A stretch of 64,000 nt of DNA, from the NCBI GenBank assembly GCA_951406725.2, contig OX597815.1, positions 48,980,001-49,044,000 of the forward strand, written 5' to 3'. Of this stretch, positions 39,387 to 51,850 are shown piece by piece (positions within the stretch are counted from its first letter, which is position 1; each line of letters starts with the position of its first letter). The stretch is from Octopus vulgaris (Eukaryota). The notes beneath the pieces are model-generated. The model had not been told where the DNA came from. It was given only the letters and a program-made list of their open reading frames with translations, and searched no databases. Both the position numbers and the translations under genes were made by a program.

Positions 39387-39422
39387 CAGTACCGGTTTCG
39401 GTCATTGAGACTCGTTCAACTG
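39387..39422 (-). ncRNA. Degenerate minimal hammerhead motif
   Basis: CAG-TTGAACGA-GTC-TCAAT-GAC-C-GAAAC-CG-GTA-CTG; core not canonical. Confidence 0.4.
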
Positions 39423-39589
39423 CCAAATCTCCTTCAAACTGTACATTTCTGTCTTCAAAAAGAAACACGTCGGATAATATGACACGATGTTTCCTGCTTA
39501 GAGGAAGATGACAATATGCTCGAGATTGGGATGTCTTTGGTCTACCTGATCAAGATTGACCTGGGGCTAAACAACAATATACATACATA

Positions 39590-39863
39590 TATCTTTTATA
39601 TTTGATTTGTTTCAATCATTGAACTGTAGCCATGCTGGGGCAATACACTTTGAAGGATTTCACTCGAACAAGTTGACCCCAGCACTAATGTTTTTAAGAA
39701 CGATAGAATTCTACTTAGTTTCCGTCAAGCAAAGCCATTCACAAGTCATTAGTTAGTCAGTGGCTTAAATAAAAGATTCTTGTTCAAGGTGTCGCGCAGT
39801 GGGATTGAACCAGGAAACCAGTGGTTGTAAAGTGAGCTTCTTCGCCACACAGCCATGCCTGCG
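39590..39863 (-). mobile_element. SINE family A, diverged and internally deleted
   Basis: Tail and head recognisable. Confidence 0.7.
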
Positions 39864-39880
39864 ACTAACTGTTTTCTAGC

Positions 39881-39926
<46 letters not shown>

Positions 39927-40132
39927 GAGAGAGAGAGAGATTCAGAGCTAGTAAGAGAGCGCCAATAAAGTTTTTAGACAGTCAAGAAATCGCAGATAAA
40001 TCTCTTTGTGGTTACCCTTTGTCACCTTATATAAAACAGAGTCACATTTAATATGGTAACCAGTTCAATATATTCTTTAAAAGATGTATAGCCATCATTT
40101 GGATATTTTTGATCGCAGTTTGAACATCTCGC

Positions 40133-40323
40133 ATTCCGTTGGTTACGACCACGAGTGTTCCAGGTGATTTGATCAACGGAACTGCTCATTTTTGCCAGCT
40201 GAGTGACTGTGGAGTAACTTGAAATAAAGTATCTTGCTCAAAGACACAACGTACCGCCAGGAATCGAAACTAAAACCATACGATCGTGAGCAAAATACTC
40301 TAAACACTGAGCCACGTGCTTTC
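40133..40323 (-). mobile_element. SINE family D (family C-like head, different body), deleted copy
   Basis: Matches 55998-56298. Confidence 0.7.
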
Positions 40324-41921
40324 ACAGATTTGAACAAAAACATGAATGGTCCTCACGCCCACGCACAAGAATGCCTATTCACTCATTCATATGCATACAA
40401 GGATAGTGAAATAGTAAATGTCCTCATTCATGAAAAAGTACTAGCCAAGAGACTGAATCATAATTGCAATTGAATGTGATATTCCAGTATGGGCTTGGTT
40501 CAAAATCTGAAAACGGTAAAAGTGATCTCAAAAAATATGAAGCACATGCAGAAAAGGGTAATAAGAAAGTATCTTAACTGAGCAACTGTCTTCATTATCC
40601 TAAGTGATAACGATACCATCTAAGAACCCCACAAAAAGAAATCTTTCTGGGGTCATATACTTTACCAGGTATAGCAAATGAATCTTCTTACAGGCAAAAG
40701 CATAGCGTTCTCTTTTGCCGAACGACTGAGTTACTGGTACGCAAACAAATCAAGCCCGGTGATTAAGCGGTGAGGCGGAGGAGAAACACAAAGGCACACT
40801 CATATATACGACATGCAGTTTCCGTCTACCAAATCTGCTTATGGTTTTGCTTGGCCTGGGGATATAGTAGAAGATACTTGCCAAAGATACCGCGCAGTGG
40901 GAATGAACCCTTAACCGCGTGGTTGCAAAGCGAGCTTTTTAACCACACAGCAATGCTCGGGAACATCGTTTTACTTTTTAAAGCCAAAAACTAAAAAAAA
41001 AAAAGAAGGGCAGTATACTATAGAAAAGACTTGAACATGATCAAACCATGACAGTATTGGGAAATAGTCATGAAAATGGCGGTGACGATGGAGATGATGA
41101 TGGGGTGGCGGAGGAGGAAAAGGGAAGGAGGTTAAGGAAGAGTAAAGTAATAGACAATGATATTCAAATTGATGGAGATACAAACAGACAGACGGACAAT
41201 ATAATATAGACTATATGAATAATTTCCTTCAATGATTTTCCCCCCCTTAATACCGCTGTTGTTATGGTTGTTGTCTTTCCTTGTTGTACGATGCAATATA
41301 TGTGATTCACCAGCAGATAGGGGAAAAAAAGCAAAGGGAACAAAAGATAAAAACAAAACAGAAAAAGCAAAGTAAACTAAAATTTCCCCCGAAAGTTAAA
41401 GGCATTGTCAACCGTACTTGTCTCATGTTAACTCAATATACAAAAACACGTTCATATATAAGGGTCTTAGTCCATACATATGTGTGTGCATGCATGCGTG
41501 AGTATATGTGCGCATGGAGAGAGGGAGAGAGAGGGAGAGAAAGGGAGAAAGAAAGGAACAAAGAAAGAGAGAGAGAGAGGTACTCAATACACACTCAAAC
41601 ATACTCATTGCAAAGCTGATTACTTTACCTGATACTGCCACAGGTAACACGCATATTGTGTTGTTTTTCTACCACTTTATATATTAATAGCTAACAGCTG
41701 GTGTATGCATCTATATACATAGGCATGAATATACGTCTACATATATATGAATGAATGCATGTACTTGTGGGCGTATGAACGTATATGTTGTGCCTTGTGT
41801 ATCACATTTTGCAATATATTAAATACTATCATTATTACAAATTCTATTGACATGACATGCATGTGACTTCACCTATATTTACAGTCCATTATATACATAT
41901 TATGTATGTGTGTGCGCATGC

Positions 41922-42054
<133 letters not shown>

Positions 42055-42192
42055 CAGACACGAACGGAAAAGAAAGAAAGTGTAAGTGTTAATGATAACT
42101 AAATGCTAAGCAAAAAATATGTACATAAAGAGTATGGATCTCCGTTGGTTTCCGTGAAGAATAACTCACCTGTTCGTTCAGTTATAGTGTAA

Positions 42193-42526
42193 AGGGGTAA
42201 AGACCCCCTTCGGTCATGAATGACCATGGGATTGCACCTAGAAAGTTACCCTCCTAGACACAAGTCTGGGCAAGGTTGTTTATGGAAGACCAGCAGTCGC
42301 CCATGCATACCAGCCTCCCCTCTCCACGCCACCAGTGTTATCCAAGGGAAAGACAAAGGTCGATACAGCTTGGTACCAGTGACGTCGCAACTCATTTCTA
42401 CAGCTGAGTGAACTGGAGCAACGTGAAATAAAGTGCTTTGCTCAAGAACACAACACGCAGCCCGGTCCTGGATTCGAGCTCACAACCTCACGATCGTAAG
42501 CTCGACGCTCTAACCACTGAGCCATG
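42193..42526 (-). mobile_element. SINE family C, young full-length copy with 18-bp TSD, nested in an old family D copy
   Basis: CGTTCAGTTATAGTGTAA at 42175-42192 and 42527-42544. Confidence 0.93.
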
Positions 42527-42979
42527 CGTTCAGTTATAGTGTAAGTGACTGAATATTCCATAGACACATATATTCTCAATTCATAATTCTGATGCAAAAT
42601 CAGGTCACCGCAATGTGACAATTATGGAGCTTTGAATTACAATTACAGTTCACCTAACGGGCTTCTATAGTTTCCATCATCACAGTTTCCACCCAACAAA
42701 TAAAAGATTGATCTGACTGGAATGTATTTGATATATTGGATTAAAACTGCTGGAAGCTGTACCCCAGCATGGCCAAAGTCCAAGACTTAAAACAGTAAAA
42801 GTGTATAGCATTCTGAATCGTAAGAATTCAAAAACAGATACAGAAATAGTTTCAAATGTCCAATTCAGTTATTTGAAGAAGCTAATGGTTGATGCGCTAA
42901 AACATTTCTTTCACAACTACATCGTCTCGAGTTTGAATTGCTAACCGAAGCAAATTTATTAATAAATAAAATATACAAT

Positions 42980-43408
42980 TTTTCAAATTTGGTCAGCAAC
43001 TAAGGTGGGAATAATCGATTACTTGACTGGTATTTTATTTTATCGACCACAAGAGCGATAAAGAATCTCAGTGGTATTTGAACTCAGAACGTAAAGAGGC
43101 AACAAATAATTTTTTTTCCAACGTGCTAGCGATTCTGCCAAGGCGCTGCTTTAATAAACAGTTTCAAATTTTGGAACAGGAACAGCAAACATTTTTGTTG
43201 GATGGGGATGGAAGTCGATTACCTCAACCCCGGTACTTGGCTGGTAATTATTTTATCGATCCCAAGAGGATGAAAGGCAAAGTCGACTTCGACAGAGTTT
43301 GAACTGCAAAGTCGACTTGGCGGAGTTTTAATTCAGAACGCAAAGACGAACAAAATGTCGCAAAGCAGTTTGTCAGGTGCGGTAAAGATTCTGTCATCTC
43401 GCCACCTA
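42980..43408 (-). mobile_element. Two tandem decayed SINE family B copies
   Basis: Central domain and head blocks repeated. Confidence 0.75.
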
Positions 43409-43584
43409 ATCACTTCCTTAACAAATAAACTATATAACAGCGCTGGACTCAAGCTTCGAACATATTCCGTGAAACCGTGAACAAATAATATCCCAGTTAT
43501 ACATTCATATAAATACATCATTCCTTGTTTATATTTCCCCGCCGTATTTTTAGAAAACAAAGCAAAAAAAAAAAAAAAAATTTA

Positions 43585-43698
43585 TAAATTCAGTCCTACT
43601 GCGTGGCACCTTGAACAAGTGTCTTCTGCTATAACCTCGGGTTGACCAAAGGCTTGTGAGTGGATTTGGTAGACGGAAGCTCAAAGAAGCCCGTCGTA

Positions 43699-43763
<65 letters not shown>

Positions 43764-44258
43764 CTTATAATTAAGGGCAAACGAAACAATTCCTAATGCC
43801 AAATATGCCGAAATTAGACACATTGTCTATAACCATTATAATTTTTTCACAATACGCACGCTACTCAAAAAAGGTCGACAGAAATTTCTAAAAAATTCCA
43901 TTATTACCATATCGGACCAATTTCAGGGTTAGTTCGTACGAACCCTCCCTTCGTCAGTGATAAATATGGCAAAGAAATAAATGAGATACTTACTCATACC
44001 CATGGAAGAAATGTATATGTATATATATATATATGTGTATGTGTGTGTGTGTGTGTTTGTCCCTCAACATCGCTTGACAACCGATGCTGGTGTGTTTACG
44101 TCCCCGTAACTTAGTGGTTCGGCAAAAGAGACCGATAGAATAAGTTCTAGGCTTAAAAAGAATAAGTCCTGGAATCAATTTGCTCGACTAAACGCGGTGC
44201 TCCAGCATGGCCGCAGTCAAATGACTGAAACAAGTAAAAGAGTAAAAGAGTAAAAGAG
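43585..44258 (+). mobile_element. SINE family A split at its internal microsatellite by a ~250-bp insert
   Basis: 5' half 43585-43697, (TA)n, insert ~43763-44010, (TA/TG)n, 3' half ~44055-44258. Confidence 0.8.
43910..43962 (-). ncRNA. Type I minimal hammerhead ribozyme (Penelope pLTR-like)
   Basis: TATCA-CTGACGA-AGGG-[loop with palindrome GTTCGTACGAAC]-CCCT-GAAAT-TG-GTC-CGATA. Confidence 0.65.
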
Positions 44259-44764
44259 AAACCTTAATTGAAAATTTCCAAAATATAAATATATCAATTC
44301 TAAGTTTTTGTCTTTAAAATAACGGTTTTTGGCACAATTATCCAGTCTTCAAGACAAGCGAAGTTAACAACACAGTCTTTCGAATGAAACTGAGCTTCAA
44401 ATTAAAAATAAAACTGTTTTCTTTAATGACCAATTCAAATAAGTTCACTTCTGTTTGACCTGTTTACTAAGCAAGCATTTAACTCATCAATACTGCGATC
44501 ACATTATAGCAAATAATAGTGACCAAATCAAGCCGTTCCGCAATCAACTAATTGACAAAACTGAATTTATGTGTATTTGTGTGTGTGTACGTGTCTTCTT
44601 GCTTAATGTTAACGAGTAACAGCGAGAACAACGATAACAGCATCTATAACAACAACAACAGCCAGAAACCTTTCTAGGAAAATTCTAGACATTTAAATTT
44701 CATGACACATTAATTGCTGTTTATTTCTTTTAAATCATCACAGTGAACGACATCGTTGTTTTCC

Positions 44765-44841
44765 TTATCATCATCATCATCATCATCATCGTTGTCTTTG
44801 TTTCTTGCTTCCATCATCATCATCATCATCACCACTACCAT

Positions 44842-44901
<60 letters not shown>

Positions 44902-44953
44902 TATCATCATCATCGTTGTCTTTGTTTCTTGCTTCCATCATCATCATCATCAT

Positions 44954-44985
<32 letters not shown>

Positions 44986-45169
44986 CCACCACCATCACCA
45001 CCACCACCATCACCACCACCACCACCATCATCATCACCATCATCATCATCATCATCGTCATCATCATCATCATCATCATCATCATCACCACCACCATCAT
45101 CATCATCATCATCATCACCACCACCATTACCACCACCACCATCACCACCACCACCACCATCATCATCAC

Positions 45170-45201
<32 letters not shown>

Positions 45202-45254
45202 ACCATCATCTTCGTTATCATCATTATCAGCATTATGGTCAACGTCAGAAACGG

Positions 45255-45300
<46 letters not shown>

Positions 45301-45318
45301 GTTGTCATCGCCGTCATG
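44765..45318. repeat. Long (CAT)n/(CAC)n compound microsatellite with higher-order duplication
   Basis: Spacer CGTTGTCTTTGTTTCTTGCTTC occurs twice. Confidence 0.97.
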
Positions 45319-45632
45319 GTCAGCCTCTTCCACCTCTCCACCATCTTTCCCTTCCTCCTCATCTTCTTCAACGTTCCGACACTGATTTGTTACTGTAGCT
45401 ACCGGTCGAAACATTTTTCCATTTGTTCCTTTCTTAATTTATTTATCTATATTTATCTATTTATCTATTTTTATATTTATGCATTTATTTTTACCTTACA
45501 ATTTAAAAAAAAAAAAAAAAATTTCACATTTCTCCCAAACATGCTGATCATTACCATCCTCTCTACATTTCTATGGCTATAACCGAAGCTCCAATTCCTC
45601 CATCACCACAACGAACACCACCAGCACCACCA

Positions 45633-45663
<31 letters not shown>

Positions 45664-45671
45664 TTTTATTA

Positions 45672-45738
<67 letters not shown>

Positions 45739-46329
45739 ATTAATTTGCTATACTGGCGTGAGTTAAGAAGTCAATGAACCAAGCAATTCAGTAAGATAAG
45801 TAAATTTCTATTATTCTTTATCTCTCTTTCCCACCCATCTTCCCCTCTCTTTCTTACTGCTCTCTCCCTCTCTTATTTAACACTTTCTTTTTGTTGTTGT
45901 TTTTTTTCAGTATGGGTAGGTATAGAAAGTTATTCTCTTATCCTTTCACACACATTACCTTCCTTTCCCTATCCTTAAAAATATTTTGCAACTTTAGAAA
46001 ATTTTTTTTTTTTTTCAAATATCAACCATTCATTAAAAGTTCTGGCCTTACACACGTAGAGAGAGAGGGAGAGAGAGAGAGGTGGGGAGAAGACATAGAG
46101 AAACCGAAGAAAAAAAAGCTTTGTTTTTTAATGTATAGTGTTTTCGTTGGAATTTTATTAGATTTCTCTTTCTATTTTAGGATGTTAAATTTCTTTATAT
46201 TGTATTTTCCAATGTTATTTTATTAATGTTTAATGGCAAGGAAATCTTGTTCCACGGTGAATCTTCAAATTAACAGTGCAAAATCAAGTTAGTAAGAACA
46301 TGTTCAGCTAGAAACAATCTTTGCAAATG

Positions 46330-46920
46330 GAGGTTTTTCAGTGTCTGCACGAAACTTCAGTTTCAGTCAAATTTTCTTCTATGTTATGTATAAGCAAAGC
46401 GAATGGTGACAATCTGTGAGATATATTCAGTATCAAAGCGGCTGTGAATCAAGCGAAGCGAACTCTGGAAGGGACATTGTTACCAGCGATAGTACTAACT
46501 GGTCACAAGCTGGTGTTTGAACAGTCCCAGTTTGAATCGCCTGGGTGCAGGTTTCTGATGTTGAAAGACCCAAAACATCCAAAGACTCAAGAAAACATCC
46601 CTGATAGAAACATCCCAGGTGGAACACGGAGTGATGTATGGAAAAATAAAAGCCGCATGGAGTGGAAATTGTGGTATATTGATTTTCAGGAACAAGCAGG
46701 AAAATTTCCTTCACAATCATACCTCGATATTGATGCATGCTTCTTAAATGTCAAGACGTATTGACTAATGTAGTCTAGGCTCAAATCAGACCGTGTCTTA
46801 CTTGAGTGGTGGACTTAATCATTCGCTCGGTTTAACACTACAATCTGATCTTTGAGTGACTTTAGCAGAGTCTACAATTATTGCAAGCATTTGAAATAGG
46901 TCTCCCATTTGAAGACACCT
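46330..46920 (+). pseudogene. Highly decayed mariner-like remnant
   Basis: QVSDVERPKTS..ENI resembles the mariner D.ERSGRP region; many stops. Confidence 0.4.
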
Positions 46921-47059
46921 CCCCTCATCGCCACCAGCCTCGGAGGTCTCGGTCATGGGTCAAAGGCACAATTCTCACTTGCTGGCTAAGATATAAAAAA
47001 ACACAACTGACGACATAAATATACAAATGTTACAGTTGAAGGGATAGTCAGAAATGATA

Positions 47060-47920
47060 ATAATTCTCTCGACTATGGGCACAATTGTTGACATTTTCTG
47101 AAGAGGGGCTAGTCGATTACATTGACCTCAGAGCTCAACTGGCATTTATTTTATCGACTCCATGAGAATGAATGAAATACAAAGTCAACCTGAGAAGAGT
47201 TTGAACTCGGAACATAGAACCGAACGAAATACAGGTATTTTGTCCGGCGTGCTAACAATTCTGCCAGATCCTCGCCCTCTTGTCAAAAATAATAATCCTT
47301 TCTACAATAGGCGCAAAGCCTGAAATTTTTAGGGAAGGGGGCAAGTCGATTACTTCGACCTCAGTACTCAACTGGTATTTATTTCATTCATCGACCCCGA
47401 AAGGATGAAAGGTCAAATCGACCTCGGCGGAAATTGAACTTAGAAGGTAAAGACGGACGAAATGTCGCTAAGCATTTTGCCCGGCGTGCTAACGATTTCA
47501 TCAGCTCTCCGCCTTAATAATCCTTTCTATTATAAGCACAAGGCCCGAAATTTGGGAGGAGGAGAGGAGTCGATTACATCGACCTCAGTGTTTCACTGGT
47601 CCTTAATTTCTCGATCCCGAAAGGATGAAAGGCTATGTTGATCTCGGCGGAATTTGAACTCAGAACGTAGCAGCGGACGAAATACCTATTTCTTTACTAC
47701 CTACAAGGGGCTAAACACAGAAGGGACAAACAAGGACAGACGAACGGATTAAGTCGATTAGATCGACTCCAGTGCGTAACTGGTACTTATTTAATCGACC
47801 CCGAAAGGATGAAAGGCAAAGTCGACCTCGGCGGAATTTGAACTCAGAACGTAACGGCAGACGAAATACTGCTAAGCATTTCGTTCAGCACTCTAACGAT
47901 TCTGCTAGATCCTCACCCTC
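47060..47920 (-). mobile_element. Head-to-tail array of four SINE family B units
   Basis: Four central domains (~47150, ~47395, ~47615, ~47800) with different tails. Confidence 0.88.
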
Positions 47921-47949
47921 TTGCCAATAATAATAGTATTATTATTATT

Positions 47950-48027
<78 letters not shown>

Positions 48028-48901
48028 TTGACAGCCTTGAAATCCCGCTGCTAAAAGTGCAGCAAAATCATTTGATTTCGTATGATTTAATAAGATATTG
48101 CTCCTTTTCTTTTGATATCAATGTATCTTACCGAGTTTTCTGTAAAGAGATGATCAATTGAAATTTTAAAACGAATATATATTTAGCATTGCAAAGAGGG
48201 AGAAGATGGAAATAGAAATTTTCTGTTTTTGCTTTTTGCATTGGCTTTTTTGTCACTGTTTTTGGAGGTCAAAGTAAATACAAAGCAAAGGGATAGTAAA
48301 TGTGTTGGTGAAAAATGATACATTCCATTAGATAAGCACAGCAAGAAATTACAGCTTCCTCAAACTGGCAACAGACAAGAAGATTTCAGGGTGTGTATTT
48401 ATAATAATAGCAGTGGAGATCTTGGTGATTACAAACTATATTGTGGTTTATATAAATCTAATTTGTACAGTGTACATTGTTAGTTTGAGATCTATCATCT
48501 ACTCTCTCTGGCAGAGATAGTACAGTTAGCGCTTGTGAAACACTGTCAAAGTGTTTTACTGACGGGACAAAATGCAGTCCATCCCAGAATAATCATCATG
48601 GTAGACCATGATTTATTCTTACTTTACTACATTTGAATTATACTTGTCCAAGATAATACAGTTGCAATTTCGCGCAGCATTGCACTTACCATTCTTATCT
48701 GCTATGTAAAGTCTTGATCATAAATATTGAACCCATGCTACATGAGACGACACAGTCTGCTATCAAATACAATGTTGCAACAGCTGTGTTATTCAATTTT
48801 CGCTTCCCTTCGTTTATTTATTTATTCATTATGGGTGAGGAGTGAGAGAAGAAAGGAGAAAGGTGATAGGGATTTGTTTGTTTACTTGATTGTTCTACGG
48901 G

Positions 48902-48988
<87 letters not shown>

Positions 48989-48995
48989 GTATGTA

Positions 48996-49049
<54 letters not shown>

Positions 49050-49979
49050 GATTATCTCTTGCTACGTCACAAGATAGAAGAAACAACCGTGGAACGAAGC
49101 ACTCTTGAAGTAGTCTAAAGACTAGGGATAGGTTTACGAGCCTGTAGCCATTAGAATTATTAGTGATGATAACGAAGATGAGGATAATGGGATAACGAAG
49201 AAAGATGATGCTAATGTTGCTGCGTATGATAACAATATTGATGTTAAAGCTGAAAAGGAGGTATGATGATGGTGGTGATGGTAACGATGACGTTGACGGT
49301 GATGATGACGACGACGACGACGATGATGATGATGATGATGATAACGTCGATGAAGGATGATTATGTTGCTGAAGACTATTATTGTAAATGAAATATGGTG
49401 ATGATGACGGTGGTAACGATGACGTGGATGACGATGATGATGATGAAGATGATGTAAATGAAATATGGTGACGACGACGACGATGATGATGATGAGGAGG
49501 AGGAAGTAGAAGAGAAGATGAGGAGGAAGAAGAGGAGGAGAGGAAGAGATGATGATGATGATGAGGAGGAGGAGGAGGAGGTGGAGGTGGGGAGATGGTG
49601 GTGGAATAGTAACAAGGGATGAAGGATGAAAACGATAACGATGTCGATGACGAAACGATAATGTTGCTAAAGGTGGAGGTCAACAATAATAATCAATTTG
49701 ATGAAGTAACCGATGATGAGGATGATGAAGGAACTAGCAACGAAAGAGATATTTTTTTCAATTATAAAATACACGATCATACTTATTTTAATCTATCTAT
49801 CGTTAGCTTAATAAATCGGGACAGAAGCGATTCCTTACCGGTGAATGAGGAATATGTCGGATACGGTTCCCGCTCGGTAGATTTAAGTTATCTTACTGTA
49901 TATGTCATGTGGTCAACGCTGACCAAAATAGATTCGATCTTGTTTCAACCTTGTTGTAGGAATTGTCGGCCTAAAATAT

Positions 49980-50195
49980 CGGTTTCAAATTTTGGCACAA
50001 GGCCAGACAATTTCGGAAGAGCGGGTAAGTCGATTACATTGACCTCAGTGTTCAACTGGTACTTATTTTATCAACCTTGAAAGCTATGAAAGGTAAAGTT
50101 GACTTCGGTGGTAATTGAAATCACAACATAAAGACGGACGAAATGTCACCAAGCATTTTACTCGACGTTCTAACGATTCTGCCAGCTCGCCGCCT
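49980..50195 (-). mobile_element. SINE family B monomer
   Basis: Complete head GGCGGCGAGCTGGCAGAATCGTTAG and tail. Confidence 0.85.
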
Positions 50196-50196
50196 C

Positions 50197-50240
<44 letters not shown>

Positions 50241-50267
50241 CAACAATAATAACAATAATAATAATAA

Positions 50268-51440
50268 TCCAATCTTTTATTGGCCACAAGGGCTAATAGA
50301 AATCAAAACATTAAAGGACAACGCAAGATGATATACAAAGGGTTTTTCAAAAAATAAAACATTTGTGTAAGCATAACAAGTAAAAAAATTCTCCCAATAG
50401 AGAGAGGCGCTTTAAAGGTTACTCGTGGAAAAATCCATAAAAAGCCCCGAGTACCTGAACAAGAGGGTAAGAGCCCTTTTATACTTTTTTATACCGGTGT
50501 ATTCTCAGAATTGGTCCAACCATACTAGGCATTTTTCCGACATCCACCCACCTTTCAACAAATTTGCTGGAGGACAACACTTCCCTCCCTACCCTCACTT
50601 TCCTTTTCAAGTTGAACTTGAAAAAGTTAATGGGGCTTTGACCAAAGAGGAAAGTGTCTTTCAAACAAGTCCATCATACTACCACTTTCGCTACAACCAC
50701 CAGATAAATAAAAACTGCTTGCCCCTCCAGGCCAAAAGAGGGCTGCGGGACAATCCTCACTTAGAATTTAGCTGATAGCCGGATCCGTACTACACGCGAC
50801 AACAGGTATTCGACATAAACCCACAGGTCAGCAATACTCGGGCATTGGACAAGGGCGTGCAGAACGGTTTCATCGCTCTGCGCACACCTGAGGCAGGCCC
50901 GGCTGACAGCACTTCGTGCCTGTAGAGTTTATCCCGAATAGGCAGCGCCCCTCGGTAGCACTACCAGTCAAGTGATTTTTGGAAGTTATCCATAGGCCCA
51001 AGCCCGAAAGTTCTCCGAAAGAAACTAGTTAGTTGAAACTCATCGACGCTCAGAGTCTTTCTCAAAATGTCACACGTTCCCTCCACTAGCCCTCTCTTGA
51101 ACGCTAGAGTGGAAATACCACCGACGGCATTGCCTACTTGGCGGAGAGCTGTGAGAGCTTGACAGCACTTGAGGTGCCAAGCGCCCTTTCTCGGTCTACG
51201 TTTGATCCAAGATTGCCGCTCAGTCAAAGAGACGAGCTGTGGAAAGGCGAGTTTGACAAACGGTGACAACACCTGCTCACCGTCCAGGAAACGCTTGAGA
51301 TGCCGTAGCCTGAGTGCATGTCTGCACATCAGCAACCACAGCAGATAGAGCGCCTGACCAGTGGAACTTGCTCCTTCTACAGAAAGTGGAAGAGTAAGCG
51401 CACCAGTTTGGTAAACCAGCAATCGGGGCAAGGGACGACG
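50268..51440 (-). mobile_element. Tx1/L1-clade LINE, 5'-truncated 3' end (ORF2 C-terminus and 3' UTR)
   Basis: W.CYRGALPIRDKLYRH (zf-RVT-like), frameshifted CLRCAQSDETVLHALVQC zinc knuckle, AATAAA then (ATT)n tail; ORF 50961-51431 is a fragment. Confidence 0.85.
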
Positions 51441-51459
51441 ATCAAGCGGTAATAGATGA

Positions 51460-51850
51460 CTAGTCGATTACATCGACTCCAGTACTCAACTGGTACTTGT
51501 TTTATCGACCCCGAATGGATGAAAGGCAAAGTTGACATTGGCGGAATTTGAACTCAGAACGTATACAGACAAAATACCGCTAGCGATTCTGCCAGGTCGT
51601 TGCCTTAATAATAATGACAACAATAATAATGGTTTCAAATTTTAGGACACGACCTGCAATTTCGGGAGAGGGGAATAAGTCGATTCCATCGAACCAAGTG
51701 GTCAACTGGTATTAATTTTAACGACCTCGAAACGGATGAAAAGCAAAGTCGACCTCAGCGGAATTGAATTCAGCACAGAAAGATAGATGAAATGTTACTA
51801 AACGTTTTTTTTTTTCCGGCGTGCTGACAATTCTTCCTGCTGGCCACCTT
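51460..51850 (-). mobile_element. Two tandem SINE family B copies
   Basis: Central domains at ~51500 and ~51720. Confidence 0.8.

Noticed and set aside
46444-46764. 106-aa ORF as a host gene
   Set aside because: No recognisable domain; another frame resembles a decayed mariner transposase
49800-49980. Coding-like unique stretch in ORF 49619-50080
   Set aside because: The ORF is stitched from microsatellite, unique and SINE sequence; no family recognised
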